DNA of 64,000 nt from the NCBI GenBank assembly GCA_965153455.1, contig OZ234493.1:33780213-33844212 (forward strand), in the 5' to 3' direction. The notes beneath the pieces are model-generated. The model had not been told where the DNA came from and did no database searches. It saw only the letters and a program-made list of their open reading frames with translations. Both the position numbers and the translations under genes were made by a program. Shown here piece after piece: positions 38,501-52,900 of the stretch. The DNA comes from Sphagnum compactum. Its lineage: Eukaryota. Numbering within the stretch: the first letter of the stretch is position 1; the number at the start of each line of letters is the position of its first letter.

Positions 38501-41500
38501 CTTTGCTTTGTACAGTTTCACAATTCCCAAGTAGGATTCTTATGTTCAAAGGATGTCAACAATCATCACAAATGTATACATATTGGTGTACACCCACTAT
38601 TGCTAAGAAGAGATTAAGTTCTTAGGGTTTTCACCCATGCAGCTTAGGGTTTGGATAACATGATATATAACATGCACTAGCTCTGGTAGCTAGGTCTTCT
38701 CCTGCGCCAGCCTAACCATGTGTCGCAAGGTGGACCCAAGCAGCAACTGATCATACATGTATGATAGATGTAGATGTATGTATGTGTGTATGTACATGTT
38801 TGTATATCCGCTTGCTAGGTTTTTTATCATGAATATTGGTTCTCACAAATATGAAAAATATGCAAATCATGGAATAATGAAGCTGGCAGCTTGAATGGTC
38901 CATTTTGCAATATTAGCAAATAGAATAATGATGGCAAGTGCAAAGGGACCACCACTGAGAACCTGCAGGCAGCAGGGAGTGTGAGCTGGAATGATGGATA
39001 TGTATTGCACAGCTTGTTCCTCATTTCACATAAGGTGGAGGGGGGCTCTCCAATCACTATCAGAGTTATTTCACTGAGTGCTAGAATCATTACTTCTCCA
39101 CAGTAGCTTGCCACCCCCAAGGTATTGCTACCCCAAGTACATGCTCATAGAGAGTATATAATACGTCCAAAATTCAAATATTTTGGCACCAATTGATTTT
39201 GGTACAAGCTAGAACACATTGCCAATATCCCGTAAGTATATAGTACCCGATTGCCATATTTTCTGTGACATCTTTGCTTGCTGGACTCTGCAAGTTTACA
39301 TGATCCCAAATTAATTAAGTTTTAGACCATTGTGGAGTGTAGAGTGTCGCCAGTGGGTCTCTAGATCTAGCTCCTGATTAACAAGTAGTTACACACATAC
39401 ATATTTTCAGGGCTTGCAAAAATCTTAGCATGCAGCTGGTGTTCTAAGTGTGATGGGTATGTAGGCAGCTAGGATGGACATGATGCAATTTAAGGAAGAG
39501 AAGGAACCCTAAGTTTAAGGATTTAACAAAGAAGAAATATTTTGGTGCCATTTATATGTAATAAATGTTTTGTCACAGATATTGATCCATTGAATATGCA
39601 GGATTCAAACTGCATGAGGAGGTTCAAAGTCACAATATTGTCGAGCTATGTATGTATATAATTGTATCTGCATATAGTACGAGTGTTCAAGACCGTATAT
39701 AGTTCTATAAAAGAATACTTTTGTGCCGTAGTACAAACAGGAGTTATGTGCATGCAGTATGCGTTTGATGAACTCCACATGACCAGCTTGAAGTTCTGAC
39801 TAGTTAGTGGTTATATATAATAAGACGTCAAGGAAAAGAAAATTTCTAAAACTTTGTGGCAGGGGATTTAAAGAAAGGGACAAATATAATTGGACTACAC
39901 GTCGGTCCACAGTTCTAGCTGTGTGCAAGTATATGTATATTTCTCCATCAGGCTTATCATGGCTGCAGGAGGTGCAAGGAGTACCAACTAGTGACAATAG
40001 AGTGCTGCAAGCTAGCTAGCTAAGTAACTAGCTAGTGCAGCTTATACCCAACTTCCCTTATAAGTAGCAGCAGCAGCAGCTCGCGGGTACATTGAAACTG
40101 AGAGTTTTGATCAGGAGGCAGCAACAGCAGCTAGCGTATATCGAAAACATGCTAGCTAGTTGCTGATGGGTCTCTCATCAGCGACACCCATCAGCTCTCC
40201 TTTTTCTCCCCAAGTGCTATATATATATATATATAAATATATGAAAACCTGAGTGGTCACTAAACCATGGTCTCTTTGATCATCACAACGACCTGCCACT
40301 ACTCCCGGCTAAGCTACTAGCTACTGTAGTAGCTAGTGAACTAGTTTGTTAGTTCTCATGATCTTGATTATATAGCATCAAAGTCATGATGATCACATAA
40401 CAACATCAAACTGCTGCCGCTCCGCACTTATTATAACCGGTCTAGAGACGTAAGGACTCATGAGTCGAGCTAGCGTCGACGTCCTTTGTAAGTGGCCGTC
40501 TCTGTCATGGGAGGAAGTTCGAAACCGTCACTAAAGCTCTTATAACAGTTCTAGTAGTTGCATGATATATATAGTTATGAAGGATGTTTTAATAACCGTT
40601 GCAAAATTTGCCACTCCGCAAGCTACTAATCCGGGGCGAGCTCTTTATACGAGCCCCTTTAATAATATCACACGTCAATTAGCTTTCCTAAATTCAATAG
40701 ATCAGTGATGTGATCACCCACTAATTAATTCCCGGTGTCATGAGTCCTAATCATGAATCACTAACTAATTAATTAACTAATATATTAACTATTTACTGAA
40801 CTCCAGACTGCCATCCATGACCTCTAAATATAGCTCTGTAGGCTGAGCTGGGAGGTCCTTAGCCTACAAGACTAGGCCTCTTACACCAGCTACAACTTGG
40901 GTGTTATTAGAAGCCTTAATTATAGGCCTTTAAGATGGAGCTCCTCCTATTCTGTTGACGACGCATTTATCCACAAATATTATATTGAGGTACATGCGTC
41001 CTTCCCTACAAAAAAAAAAACGAGAAAGTTATCCGAGTGTCTTACACAAGGTAATTACCATGAGGGACTGATGATGGGGTCCATATATTATTATGTGCAT
41101 GGACCCAAATTTGTTAGCAAAAACTTCGGGTATATGGGTGTGTAGAAAACTTCCAAAGCTTTTAGTGTCATGTGCTTCTTTTTCTAGTCTAGGTAGTGTT
41201 GGTTTGAATTAATTTCTGTAAGGTTTTAAGTCCATATAAAAGTTTATTAAAAGATATATTTATTATACGGTTCAAGGAATAAGATTTCTTCTTTTTTTTG
41301 GGGTTTTTTTTGGGCTGTGTGGGTGTAAATAACATACTTTTCTTCCAAATTTAAATTGCTTCAAGTTTGAAGAACTTCTCTGGCTTGTAATTTTTGCTTC
41401 ATCTGGACATCCAATAACAATAAAAAAAGGTGTGTTGGCATGTACTGCGTTGTACTGTGCACGAACAGAATTTTTTTTCTTTAGTGTGGAATTAGCTGGC

Positions 41501-42782
41501 AATGAATATTTTTCTTTTACCCTTCAAGGGAAGTATCTAACATGGGTATAATAAGGTTTTATCTTTTTTTGGGGAACTCTAAGTTATATTAAAAGTAAGA
41601 TCATCATGAGGAAAAGTGTCCAACTCTTAAAACACTCATTGTATACAGTTAAATTACTACTCTACCAAGCACATGCATGGTCCATGAAAGCTGTGCATAT
41701 AAACACTAGTTAACATAATGGGTGGACTGAACAAGATGACCAACTATAATGTAGCTCTGGACAAATTCATCTAGAGTGGACATTGTGTATATCAGAAAGT
41801 GCAGAGCCTAATGAATCACGTTCTAGTTGAAGTTGCACACCTATTTTTCATGCCCTCCAAATATTCAAATTTTTCTTCACTCTTAGAAATCTAGTTAGCA
41901 ACTGACTGGACCACTTTGGCCAGATTACCATGGTACATCATAACTAGTGGAAACCTACTATTATTGACTCTTCAGTTGTGGATGAACCTCGAAATGAGTT
42001 ACCAAGGTTCCACCTTGGTAACATATGTACTATAAACCCTCAACCTACTTCCCTCTCACTCTACCCAGGTAAACTACCCATGTAAGTAGGTAAGCATCAT
42101 AGGTCAGTAGGTAGGAAAAGTGAGAGCTTACTAGGTAGGTAGGTGAGCCATTTGGTGGGTACTAGGTAGGTAGGTGCATGCTGATGATGGTTGATACATA
42201 TATTGTTTTAGAATATGTGTACCTTTGATATGGGTTATATCATGGTGTACATACCACTTCAAGGAACCATCATACACTGAGGACCATCTGCTGTCAAGGA
42301 GAAGTCTACTAATATATCAGGACACTTGGTTGATTAAATGTTTCACATGCTAACCAGCAAGCCAGCTGCACTCCAAGCACTAATTCAGTACCTTGCCACA
42401 AGCCAGAGTTTTTCCCCAATTAATTTTAAAATTGGGGAGTCTTTTTTGGCATGGAAACAAACTTAGCCTTACATGCCATGGTCCAAATCTCTTCAGGGCT
42501 AGTAGGTATTTAACTGCAAGTGTGAGCGATGTGAGGACATAGGCTTAATAGCCTAATCTAAATTTTCAAGGATCTTGAATGAAACTTGTTTTTTAACAAA
42601 AGTGATAATGCGTATATGGTTTGAACACACTCATGTTTTGTCATGATCAGCTATGATTAGTCTCGTTTGGTAAGTCATATCAGGCATTTAGGGTGGATTA
42701 TCCAGATTTTAGCTTGTCTTTGTCAAAACTATGAAGCTGATGGGTGGGTGGGTAGGTGCATGCAACTGGAGTTTGTCCTCAG

Positions 42783-43099
42783 TCCTTAGGTAAGGTTGTT
42801 TGTTTTGTCACGTTGAGATCTCTCAAACCACTTGGAGAGCCTTGGGCTTTATTCTTGGTAGACTATTGGAAAGCTCTCAATGAGTAGGGTTGTATCCAGG
42901 TGGTTTCATAGTTTGCAGACCTATGGTGTTGGGAGTTATTGAATTTCATTCAATAAATTTCCTTTCTCCTTGGAAATTCACTAAAAATTAAACTTGTCAA
43001 AAAATTTGAAGAGAAATTGAATTTCAAACAAGTTAAATGTATATTATACTTCATATACTAGATGTTACAATATGTGCACAATGGCACAGACAGCACTAT
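42783..43099 (+). mobile_element. Non-autonomous Helitron family C copy
   Basis: 5' ...TAGGTAAGGTTGTTTGTTTTG...GAGATCTC and 3' TGTGCACAATGGCACA hairpin plus CACTAT. Reverse-complement homolog of 46411-46895. Confidence 0.55.
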
Positions 43100-46000
43100 C
43101 AACAACATATCAGATAGCACTATCAATAATAATATATTTGAAACTGCAAAAGAAACTTCAAGAGAGTGTCAGAAATTTGGACATACATGTACAATTATTG
43201 TTAAATTTCTTGAGTTGAGCTTCACAAGGACCCCTAACACTTAGATCATACAACTCATGAATGTCCGGCCAAACTTTAAGATTTGGTTGATCCAAGGCCC
43301 TTTCCATTACATTGTTCAGCTTGGGAATGTAATTTAAGGGCCTATGTAAGGGTGGCCTACAAGTGAACCATCCAGGGAACAGGTTAGTTACTCTTGTAAG
43401 TCCAAAGCCTGCACGTACCTTAGTTGTCTTCCTGGAGACCACTGGACACAACTTCTGAACTTCTTCTTGTGCCATACTACATGACAGCTTCTAAGGTCGG
43501 TTTGTATCCCAATTTGTTTAGAAATTTTGTCAATTTTGTTGGTCTGATATGAGGGGTTACCCATGTGTGTATGTGACACCTAAAGTTAGGATCCAATGTG
43601 CACGTACTGCACTTTTATAAAATAGATGAGCTTGAAAAAACAATCTGGAAAGACAAAGTACAATTTGAAAATTAAAAAAAAGAACTGTATTGGGTACATG
43701 TGCTTGCAATTTGCTTGCCAATTATTATCAGCCAAATTAGAGAGCTCAAGACCACATTAATCCTTCATAAAATTACTTGCTGAAAATGGGCCCTCTATAA
43801 GCATCCTTCTATATTGTTTTCTACAGGTCTACTGATACTTAATACAGAAATCTGGAAATAACTGGGAAATGAGAATGGTAAAGCTGAACTCATAATACAA
43901 ACCCATGATAACAAGGAGTGTGTGAGTCACACTGTGGCCTTGCCATTAATTTACATTAAAAAGTATCTTAGGGCAAAAGAAGAATTATGGAAACTCAAAT
44001 ATTTCACCATGCAAAAACATAATCTTAAAAAAAACTCCTCTAAAAGAAACCAAAATCCTTTAAGATATTATAAACTCTATAACTAATCTCCAGTTTCAAC
44101 AGAAGCCAAGACATCATATTTCAAAAATCCTCATATAAAAATAGACCTATTACCTAAGGGGGGCAAAAATTTCTTAAGCTACTATTATACTCTATAATGA
44201 ATCTAAACACAATATCCTTGCCTGCTAAATAAGGCAAGGCCAATAGAATCAACATGAACTTTATATACCTATATCAAGTTCTAAAGTGAGACCAAATTCA
44301 AAGAGAAAGTCCCTAAGGAAAGTTTCCCACAAGTCCATTGGGGGGGTGTTCAAAAGAAAAAAACACTGCAATAAAGTTTGGTGGTTGTTGTTGTTGTCAC
44401 CCAATTTTACCTTCCACTAAAAGACTATGCCCAACTTTGACACTTACTTTTGTGGAGTTCATGGTTGGCAAATCATAATATTATCAAGGTGGTGGTGCAT
44501 TCTTCTTCCACAGAAAGAAAGAAGAGGACAAGTTACATATCATGTAAAAGTGTGTATAAGTGATAAAAATTGTGATTGTGTGCATCTCTGTCTGTCCTCT
44601 TCAGTACGTGCATAAAGGAAAAAATAACAACATGCAAACACCACTAGAGCAAGATGGCCACAATTGGGGGAAAATTGCAACCTACATCATATTAGTCTCC
44701 ATAAACAAATGTGCACTTGAGTTTTATCTATAGCCATGTAATTTTCTCATGGGAGTGGAATCCAATCCTTGATGACTCATGAGTTTGTTGATGAATCTCA
44801 ACTGAGTTCATATATCTGGTTTCACCTTGGTAACCCAGTCTGTGTCAGAAGTAGGTCCTATATATAGGTAGATAGGTAGGAAAATAGGTGACTATTATTT
44901 GGCAAGTAGATGGACCCATGCATAGGTAAGGGCTCTCTTTACTACCTACCTACTAACAACCCACAAGAGGCCTGTTGTTAGCAAGTAGATGGTAGAAAAA
45001 AAGCAACAATGGTTAGCTAACTAACCACAATGGTTAGCTACTGAACTGGAATCCACCAGAAAACTCTTTCTTGAGCACTTACCATCCATCCCTCTCGAAT
45101 GGATGGTAAGCTAACTTTTGGTACTACTAGAAGGCCCTTGATTAAGCAATGTGCATGTTTGTCATTTTGGATATTTTTTGGCACCAGCAGAGCAAAACTT
45201 ATTGAATTTAGATTGTGGTTTTTTATCTCTGGAAATTAAATAAGATTAATTTAACAAGATTCCATTTGAAAGAACTCTGAAGTTCATAAGCTCATTTCAA
45301 TTGAAAATAGTATTGGGATGTGTGACCTTACAAGAGGTTTAATACACAAGTTTGGGCCAATTGCACAAGAGCTCACTAGCATTAGTTCACAAGGGATTGA
45401 TCTAGACTTGTCTTGTTGTTCATGTGTTGACCAATTAATTTTTTTTTTCATGGGAAAATTACTTGCAAAAGAAAAATAAATTTAATTAGATGCATGATTT
45501 ATCAACTAAGTGTGACTAGGGCCTCTTGTGAGAACTTTGGATATAAAATTCATAAGTTTTCCTAAGATTGAACAAATATTGCCTTGAGTGGTTGTTTCTA
45601 TAAAGCCTGTGCTACATCCCTAGGGATTATGATTAGGCCAAATGGGTCATAACTTCTGGCAACTTGAAGTGTGCACTATACATGATGCAACATATATGTA
45701 AGGTTATGTTGCAAAGGGGAGTGTAAGTGAACCTGTGGAGTGTCCTTCCATATGGAAGGACATGGAAGTTGCACACTATGGGGCCTGAGCTTGGAGCTGG
45801 TCCCTAAAGAATAAGATGATTAGGGTCCACTATTGAACACAAGGTTGTAGTGTTAAAAGCTAGCATGTAAATGTTTCATAAGAAAATGTACCTGATTTCT
45901 TCACCTTTAGTGGTGGTATTGAAAATCAACTTTTGCTTTGCAAGTTACAAGCCAAACCTTGGTGTGGGTACCCCCCTTCCTTGTACCTACCCTAAGCAAC

Positions 46001-46410
46001 ATCGATCCCTTGACCATATATATGTTTAAGCTTTCATACTTGAGACCATGTTTGGTTGAAGGCCAAGTTGACATGTTGTCATAATACCTTGATCAATAGT
46101 CTATACCTTGCATTTGTTTGATGGGTACATATGAGGTGGTCATATATAGTTGCAAAATTGATTGAAAGCCATTCAATTTTATCTCACAATTTTTCTTGGC
46201 TTGTGACATAGACAAAGTTGTCTGAATTTGAGCTTGAGTACATGCACATCAAAAGACTTGGATTTAGAGAAGAATCTAGATAGTAGTCCTAAGTCAGGTC
46301 CAGCCAAAGAGCACACTTTTCTATCTACCCAAACCAGACCTTTGGGTGGGTGGATGGGTTGGGTGGAGGCAAACTATGAGCTAGTCACATGTGCTACTTT
46401 TAACTTCTCA

Positions 46411-46895
46411 CTAGTGTGACTTGTGCCACTAGCCCAGGTGTGAACAGATTATGTAACTGTTTCAAGTGTGAAAAGGACCTTGATGATAGAGCTCAATTGG
46501 GAAAAAAATATTTAAAATTTTAAATGAATTCCAGTCATGGAAATTCATTACTCAAAATTCAATATCCATGTTCCTTACCATAGGCCTAAAAAATTATGAA
46601 AATTTCACCTTCAAGAAATCCCACCCATCTTCAGGGCTTTTCAACACTACCAAGAGCTTGCCACATTGATCTCCCTAAAATATTTAGTTTTGATTTTGTT
46701 ATTTTGTTGACAAAACTATTTCAATAACTTTTGCATAGTAGTAGGTCTAAACAAGTGCTCCAAAAACACCTCAGTGCACCCCTACTCATCAAGGGCAATC
46801 CAAAGGTATGAAGAGCACAAAAGGTGGCCTACATGATTTGGGAGATCTCAAATTGAGAAACAAAACAAACAAACAAACAACCTTCCTTTAAGAGA
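46411..46895 (-). mobile_element. Non-autonomous Helitron family C copy
   Basis: Minus strand A|TCTCTTAAAGGAAGGTTGTTTG ... CCTGGGCTAGTGGCACAAGTCACACTAG|T, with TC/CTAG ends, a subterminal imperfect hairpin and an AT target. Confidence 0.75.
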
Positions 46896-47738
46896 TAAGT
46901 GTGTGTTGTGCAAGAAATTTCTAGGCTTGTTATAAAATGGTCTTGGGCCAACAACTAATATAATAACTAAGATAATCGGATCTTGATTAGCACCATAATC
47001 ACTTGAATTTTAACTACTACTAGGCTTGGTCCAACTTGGGAGACACTTAATTTGCCAACTAACCATGATTAGTCTTCATACCTTAAAGGTTTAAGCCCTC
47101 CATTTCTTTCAGAGGTACCTAGTCACTTTCTAACTACTACTAACTAGTGCCCCAAGTGAGATCATCTTCAAGGCTCTAAAAGATACAACTTTTCACAAAA
47201 CTTCTTCAAGTTTCTTATTAAGCGAATGACCACTCAACGTCCCAAGGGCAATAAGGCACAAAACCCAAAGTAAAGGCTAAATTACCCAAGTGATCGCAAG
47301 GTTTTTGAATGCCTTGTAACTCTTGAGAGGCGACACAAGAGTACACCTTTTGTCCACAGAAGGCTTTCAGAATTATTTTCTCATTAATTTTTTGTCTTTG
47401 AGGTATTGAGAACAAAGCTTCACTTAAATCGGACAATTGGGAGAGGAGAAGTTGAGCTACGTGTAATATACCCCTAATAAGTGGGTTCTTAAGCATAGAT
47501 TAATGCCCTTTTAATACCCCCTTAGAAGTGCATAATTTTGCACCTTAGTTAGTACCAGCAATTGTGCACTTGGTTTAAATTAATATGATGATGATGGTTC
47601 CACAACTAATGTTTAGAGAAAATTTCTTTGAGCTTTTGATGAACAACTTGTTGAGAGGTTGCGGAAAAGGACCTATATTGGGCTATATGGGCCTTCTAAA
47701 TGGACTTAACTATGAGTCATAATCAGTGATGAATGTTC

Positions 47739-47776
<38 letters not shown>

Positions 47777-48639
47777 TCAAGGAGTGCAACCATCTTGAAC
47801 TTTTGTATTCTATCCACAACTTGAACTTAGGGATTCAACCCCTGTCCAATTATTTTTTGATATATAAAAATTTGGCAAAAATTTCCAAAAACCAACCTAA
47901 CAAGTTAGTCTAATTTACAGTATGGAAAACAAAATAAAAAATCCCAATTTTATTTTTCAAAAAAGTGACCAAACTAATTAATTTTGTTGGAAAAAAAAAC
48001 TCTGAACTAGCTGAACCATAATTAATTCTGGAAAATTGGATTAAAATTTGTTTTATTTATCAGTAAGTCTACAAGTGTGGCACATTGTGAGCGGATGAAG
48101 AAGTTATTTTGATTTGTAAGAGAAGAGTTTTTATTTGCTTTAAAAATTGCATATTGAAGATGACATGTCGACCTTTGGGTTGGTTGGTGTCGGTCCCTGA
48201 AAATTAGATCTTTGTGTGGTAGACAAGTTTGTGATTGTGTTGAATTGCTTGCTCATTTGGGGGACCTGTTGTTTTGGTGATGGACATGAGCCGACCGATC
48301 GATCAATTGGTCACTTTTTAAAAAAAAAACTGAAATCTCTTGATGGCATATTTTGAGCTTATCCGATCGACATCAAGCATATGGGCTTTCAAAAAAAAAA
48401 AAAAAAAAAAAAAACACACTATCCTATGCTAAAAGCCAACATTGGTAACATAATATTCATCACCCATATTAGAATTAAAACCCTAAAACTAGAAGCGACA
48501 AAATAACTTAAACACATATCATTGAAAAAAGAAAGAATGGGTCTTAAGATGAAATTATTACCAATAAAAGAAAGCAAAATTATGGGTACATGATCTACTT
48601 TAAAGCATGGGTCACATAATGATGTACATCAAAATGTGA

Positions 48640-48875
48640 GCATCATGATGGTCATATGGTCATGACAAAACATGTACATGAATATCCACGACATGATAAC
48701 ACATAAACACTACAAAGGACACAATACTGCATAAACAAGATGATGGACATGATAATACATAAACATGATGATGGACATGATAAGACATAAACATGAGGAT
48801 GGACATGATAAGATATAAACATGATGATAGACATGATCTGACATGATGCTCACATGTGACGATGATGGACATGAA
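48640..48875. repeat. Degenerate CATGATGATGGACATGA tandem array upstream of the DYAD-like gene
   Basis: Repeated ACATGATGATGGACATGATAAGACATAA-like units. They account for spurious His/Met/Val-rich ORFs. Confidence 0.8.
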
Positions 48876-49994
48876 AAGGGGGACATGGACTACTACGGCC
48901 CTTTCCGCGTTCTCTTCGTCTTCGTCTGGGTACGCACTGCCCTGTAGACTTGTTGCGTTCTTGTTGTCTTTGCAGAGTGTTCGCGATGGGATCCGACAGC
49001 GGCGATGCGCAAGCGAAGGACATGAGTGTTGTTGTTCGGGAAGCACGACCATCGAGCATTTCTACCGATCTGTAAAAACCCCATGCAGGTGAGTAGATTA
49101 CTGTTTTGGTTTTTGTTTTTTTATTGGGAAGGGAAGGGAAGGGTAGAAAATTGTTTGGACTCGGTTTTCGTTTTCTCGCTCCGCAATGAATACGGACTAT
49201 CATCGTTATCCTTTTGTGAAGAAGCTTCTTCTCGACTCGCTCGAGCATGTCTCTCGCTTCATGGGGATGTGGTTTCAATCCTCACATAATCCTTTTTCAA
49301 GTCCCAGTTTCTGCTTTCTGGCATATGCGTACACAGTATGTTGAAAACGTCCGTTTCCGCGTCTGTTTTTTCCACAGGCTGCTTCCAGTATATATCCGAA
49401 ACAGCGTCTGCAGAGCCTGCTGATTATGATATGAGCTCATGGCCTGTCGATGCTCATGACATCTTTTGCAGTAGTTTTGTGGACCTCCGGCCTGCATGTT
49501 TTTCAAGTGTAGACTGAACAGTATGTCGTCTTAGCAGTTTCTTTTTGTCTTTTCCGCTTGTAAGAAACGCACGTCCGTCCTCAGTGTGTCTCCGGATTTC
49601 GAATGACTCTGTTAGAGTAGGTCGGAGAGGAGGATCCAGAGCTTTTGGAAAGATCTTTTTCTGCGTCGGCATTCTTGCGATCTTCCCGCCGTGCTTACTT
49701 GCTTGCTTGGTGTGGATTTGCAAGCGAGCGCGATTTGGCAAATTACTTCCGACCTGCAGAAGAAACTTCCAACTGTTTCTGACTGCAACAGGAGATCCGT
49801 CGTGCAGACATAGAACTTCTCCCTACTGCACTGCTTGCCCTGCGGCGAACGTTTTATCGCGAGTGTCAGTTTCTCCCCTTTCTTGGATTGGAAATGGCCA
49901 TGGTTTCATAGCAATTGCAAGCTTCGTCTGCAGTTATAAATGCACAATGATCTGACCAAGTCTTGAGGACCTTCCATCTGCTGAAAATACCGAC

Positions 49995-52900
49995 ATGACT
50001 TCAGAGCCTAGACAAATCAAAAGAAGGCATATGGACCAGAGTACTTCCACTTCCCCACGAAAGCTACTCAAAGGTGTTGGAGGAGAGAAACATGCCAGCT
50101 GCAACAACAGGGCACAAAGGGATGATTCTCTGTTGGAAGAAGAAGAAGCAGAAGACATACAACTGGAATGTACAGAAGCAATCGGTGATATCTTGTCAGG
50201 TATATATCCTCATTCCTCCCTGATGAATCAATGACGGACTTTGGGTCCTTGGATCATGCAAATGTGATTTGTATCCCTTCAATGCGTTCCTCAACTGTAT
50301 ATGCCATAACCTAGAAGATCTAATCTGTGATGATCACACTCCAATGAGTGAAAAAAAGTATTAGAACAGCTTATTGAATAGGATTCATAACCCTGTATTG
50401 CAGCAAGCACGGGAAGCACCTACCATGAGATTGATCAGAGGCGTCTACCACCTGAAGCTCCCTTGGATCTTAAGAGTGTGCGCGCCGTGCAGGTACCCGT
50501 TTGCCTACTTTTCTCAATTCAGCAAAGAGCTAGCTACATGTCGGAGCTCTAGGCGTCATGTCGATCAGCTGGAGTTTCATGAGAGATGAAGAGTCCATAC
50601 CATGTTTCTAGGTTACACCTATGTACAGCAGTAATATATCTATTCTATCTGGAATGCATTTGTCACGCTCTACATCCAGTCTTAGCAGCTCATGAGGCTA
50701 GATCCTCCACCTGTTGAGCAGACATAAGATCTACATACAGTTACTTTGTTTGTGCTGCAGATTGCAGAGAAGACAAGACTGCAGACCACAGTGAATTACC
50801 CAACTGCAATTTCTTTGGAGAAATGGTTTGGCGAGTCCACACATAGTGCCTTGGACAACATTCACTGTAACACACCAGCTCCCATGAGATCATACACATC
50901 CCCAGAGGACTCTATGGAGCCTTTGATGGGGACAAAACCTGCCTTGGACGGAACATTCACAATGAGCTCACAACTGGCAGACGAAGTTTTGTTGCGCTCC
51001 ATCTCATCCACCGAATACCTGCATCAAGGACATCTGAAGACATTCTGGATTGTTGGACCAGACTCTACCCAAAGCTCAGAGTCAAATTTCAAGGAAGGAA
51101 CGGCAGATCGCATGGCAACCCAATTGTCAGATCGACGCTCTGGACCCGTGAACGACCCGACTCTGTTGAATCATCCACCACAACTTCTTCTACCTGACCA
51201 ACTCACCAACAACGATGGAAGAACAGAACAGGTGACTCAGGACCTCTGCAATAACTTCACAGGATGTGGTCGTGATGATCGACCTTCAGGAGAAACGCTG
51301 GGACCAACGCTAATTCAGCTAACCCTTCCAGGCGGACTGCAGCAGGGCATACCACCAGCTGTAGCTGCTGATCAGATGGGGTCACACAGAAACATTATAA
51401 CTGGAGAATATTTTCCTGCAAACGGCGAACAAGGCTCTAGCTCCTGTATGGAGCCACATTGCCAGCTGGGTCTCATGAACAAAGAAGCCACCTCTGAGGA
51501 GATCAATCATATCGATGTTCCGCAGGGAATGGGTATAACTGTTGATCATCGATCCAGAAATTCTGATCTGCTGCACACAGCAGCTGGGAGATCAGTGAGC
51601 TCTGATCATCGCATAGGTCACCAAGAACAAATTAGGTATTCAGAGATGATGAAGGACAATGATCTTCTCCATTCTCCTGCATTTACTTTCATGCAGCCCT
51701 GCAACAGATCATTTGGAGGGGCTGCAGCTTCTTCTGTACCCATGATGAATCATCCAGTGGGAAATATAAGAGCGACTGCAGCAGGTTCTGCTTCCGGTGC
51801 AATGAAGCGTGCAATGTCTTCAAATTCTCCCAGGGATCACATTCCAAAAGAAAAGACCAACAAACTCCAACCGGGATCAGCGAAGGGTTCTGTTAACATT
51901 CTCAAGCTTCCAAAGGACATGCAAGGGAGGTGGTCGTGTGAAAGGTATGTGGCAGCTGCTGTAGAGTGCACTATTGATCAGAGTATGCACGAGAAGTTCA
52001 TGATGTTGATACCATTGTTACTGCACAGTGCGATGATTCTAAGTTTCCTCAGATTGACGTAAGAGAAGGGAGAGTGTTCCATTAAGCATTTTCCTCAGAG
52101 CATATGCCATATATACCCATCATCAAATGTTTTTGGGTTGCAATGTGCACATCAAAGATTCATGAGTTGTGGTCTGCGGGATGATTTGAAGGTATAAATC
52201 TGCACAGTTCAAGTTGATCGATATCATGCATGAGCGTGGAGTAGCACCAGGGAGGCCAATTCTGAGGCCAGCACTGAGGGAAGAGGCAAGGAAGCACATC
52301 GGAGATACAGGACTACTAGACCACCTGTTGAAGCACATGACAGATACTGTCGTCCACACTGGCGAGCGTTTCCGACGCCGTCACAATTCTGAAGGGGCTA
52401 TGGAATATTGGCTTGAACATGCGAGCCTGATGGATATGAGGAAGGCAGCTGGAATCGAAGATCCGTCATGGGTACCTCCTCCGGATTGGATGCCTGGTGA
52501 TAGACTGCCTGGGAAACCGTGGGAGCTGATCAATGGCGGCCAGAGCAGCTGCCCTTCACCCACTGTAGCTGCAGGAATCATGAAACTAAATGACTCTGTC
52601 CAGAGTTTGAGCAGGTACATTGGAATATTATGTTGCAAAGTGAAGCTTTTGTCTCTCCAGATTCTTAAGAAACTTTCATCAGAAATCTTCGTACTCTAAA
52701 ATGCATGATCTTCAATTGCATGGTCAGCTTGGGCTGGCTCCTCCCCTTAAGAGGTTTCGTGGGACCCTTGCTCAAGGCCTTACCATTCCAGCTTGCAGGT
52801 TCCTCTGGAGAGCGGTTATCTTTGTCTAATAGTATGTTATGGGTCTGTTTCCTTCTCCAGAGAAATGAAGGCGCTCCTTGGGAGATTGGAAGGCTACAGA

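Noticed and set aside
39908-39930. 12-nt match to the 3' part of miR536 (AGCTGTGTGCAA)
   Set aside because: The miRNA 5' seed region mismatches at several positions and no precursor hairpin was seen.
43158-43579. Minus-strand ORFs next to a TGTCACA LTR-like start
   Set aside because: No domain motif and no second LTR or TSD. Support is insufficient.
48652-49289. His/Met/Val-rich and overlapping ORFs
   Set aside because: They derive from the CATGAT tandem array and GC-rich leader sequence.
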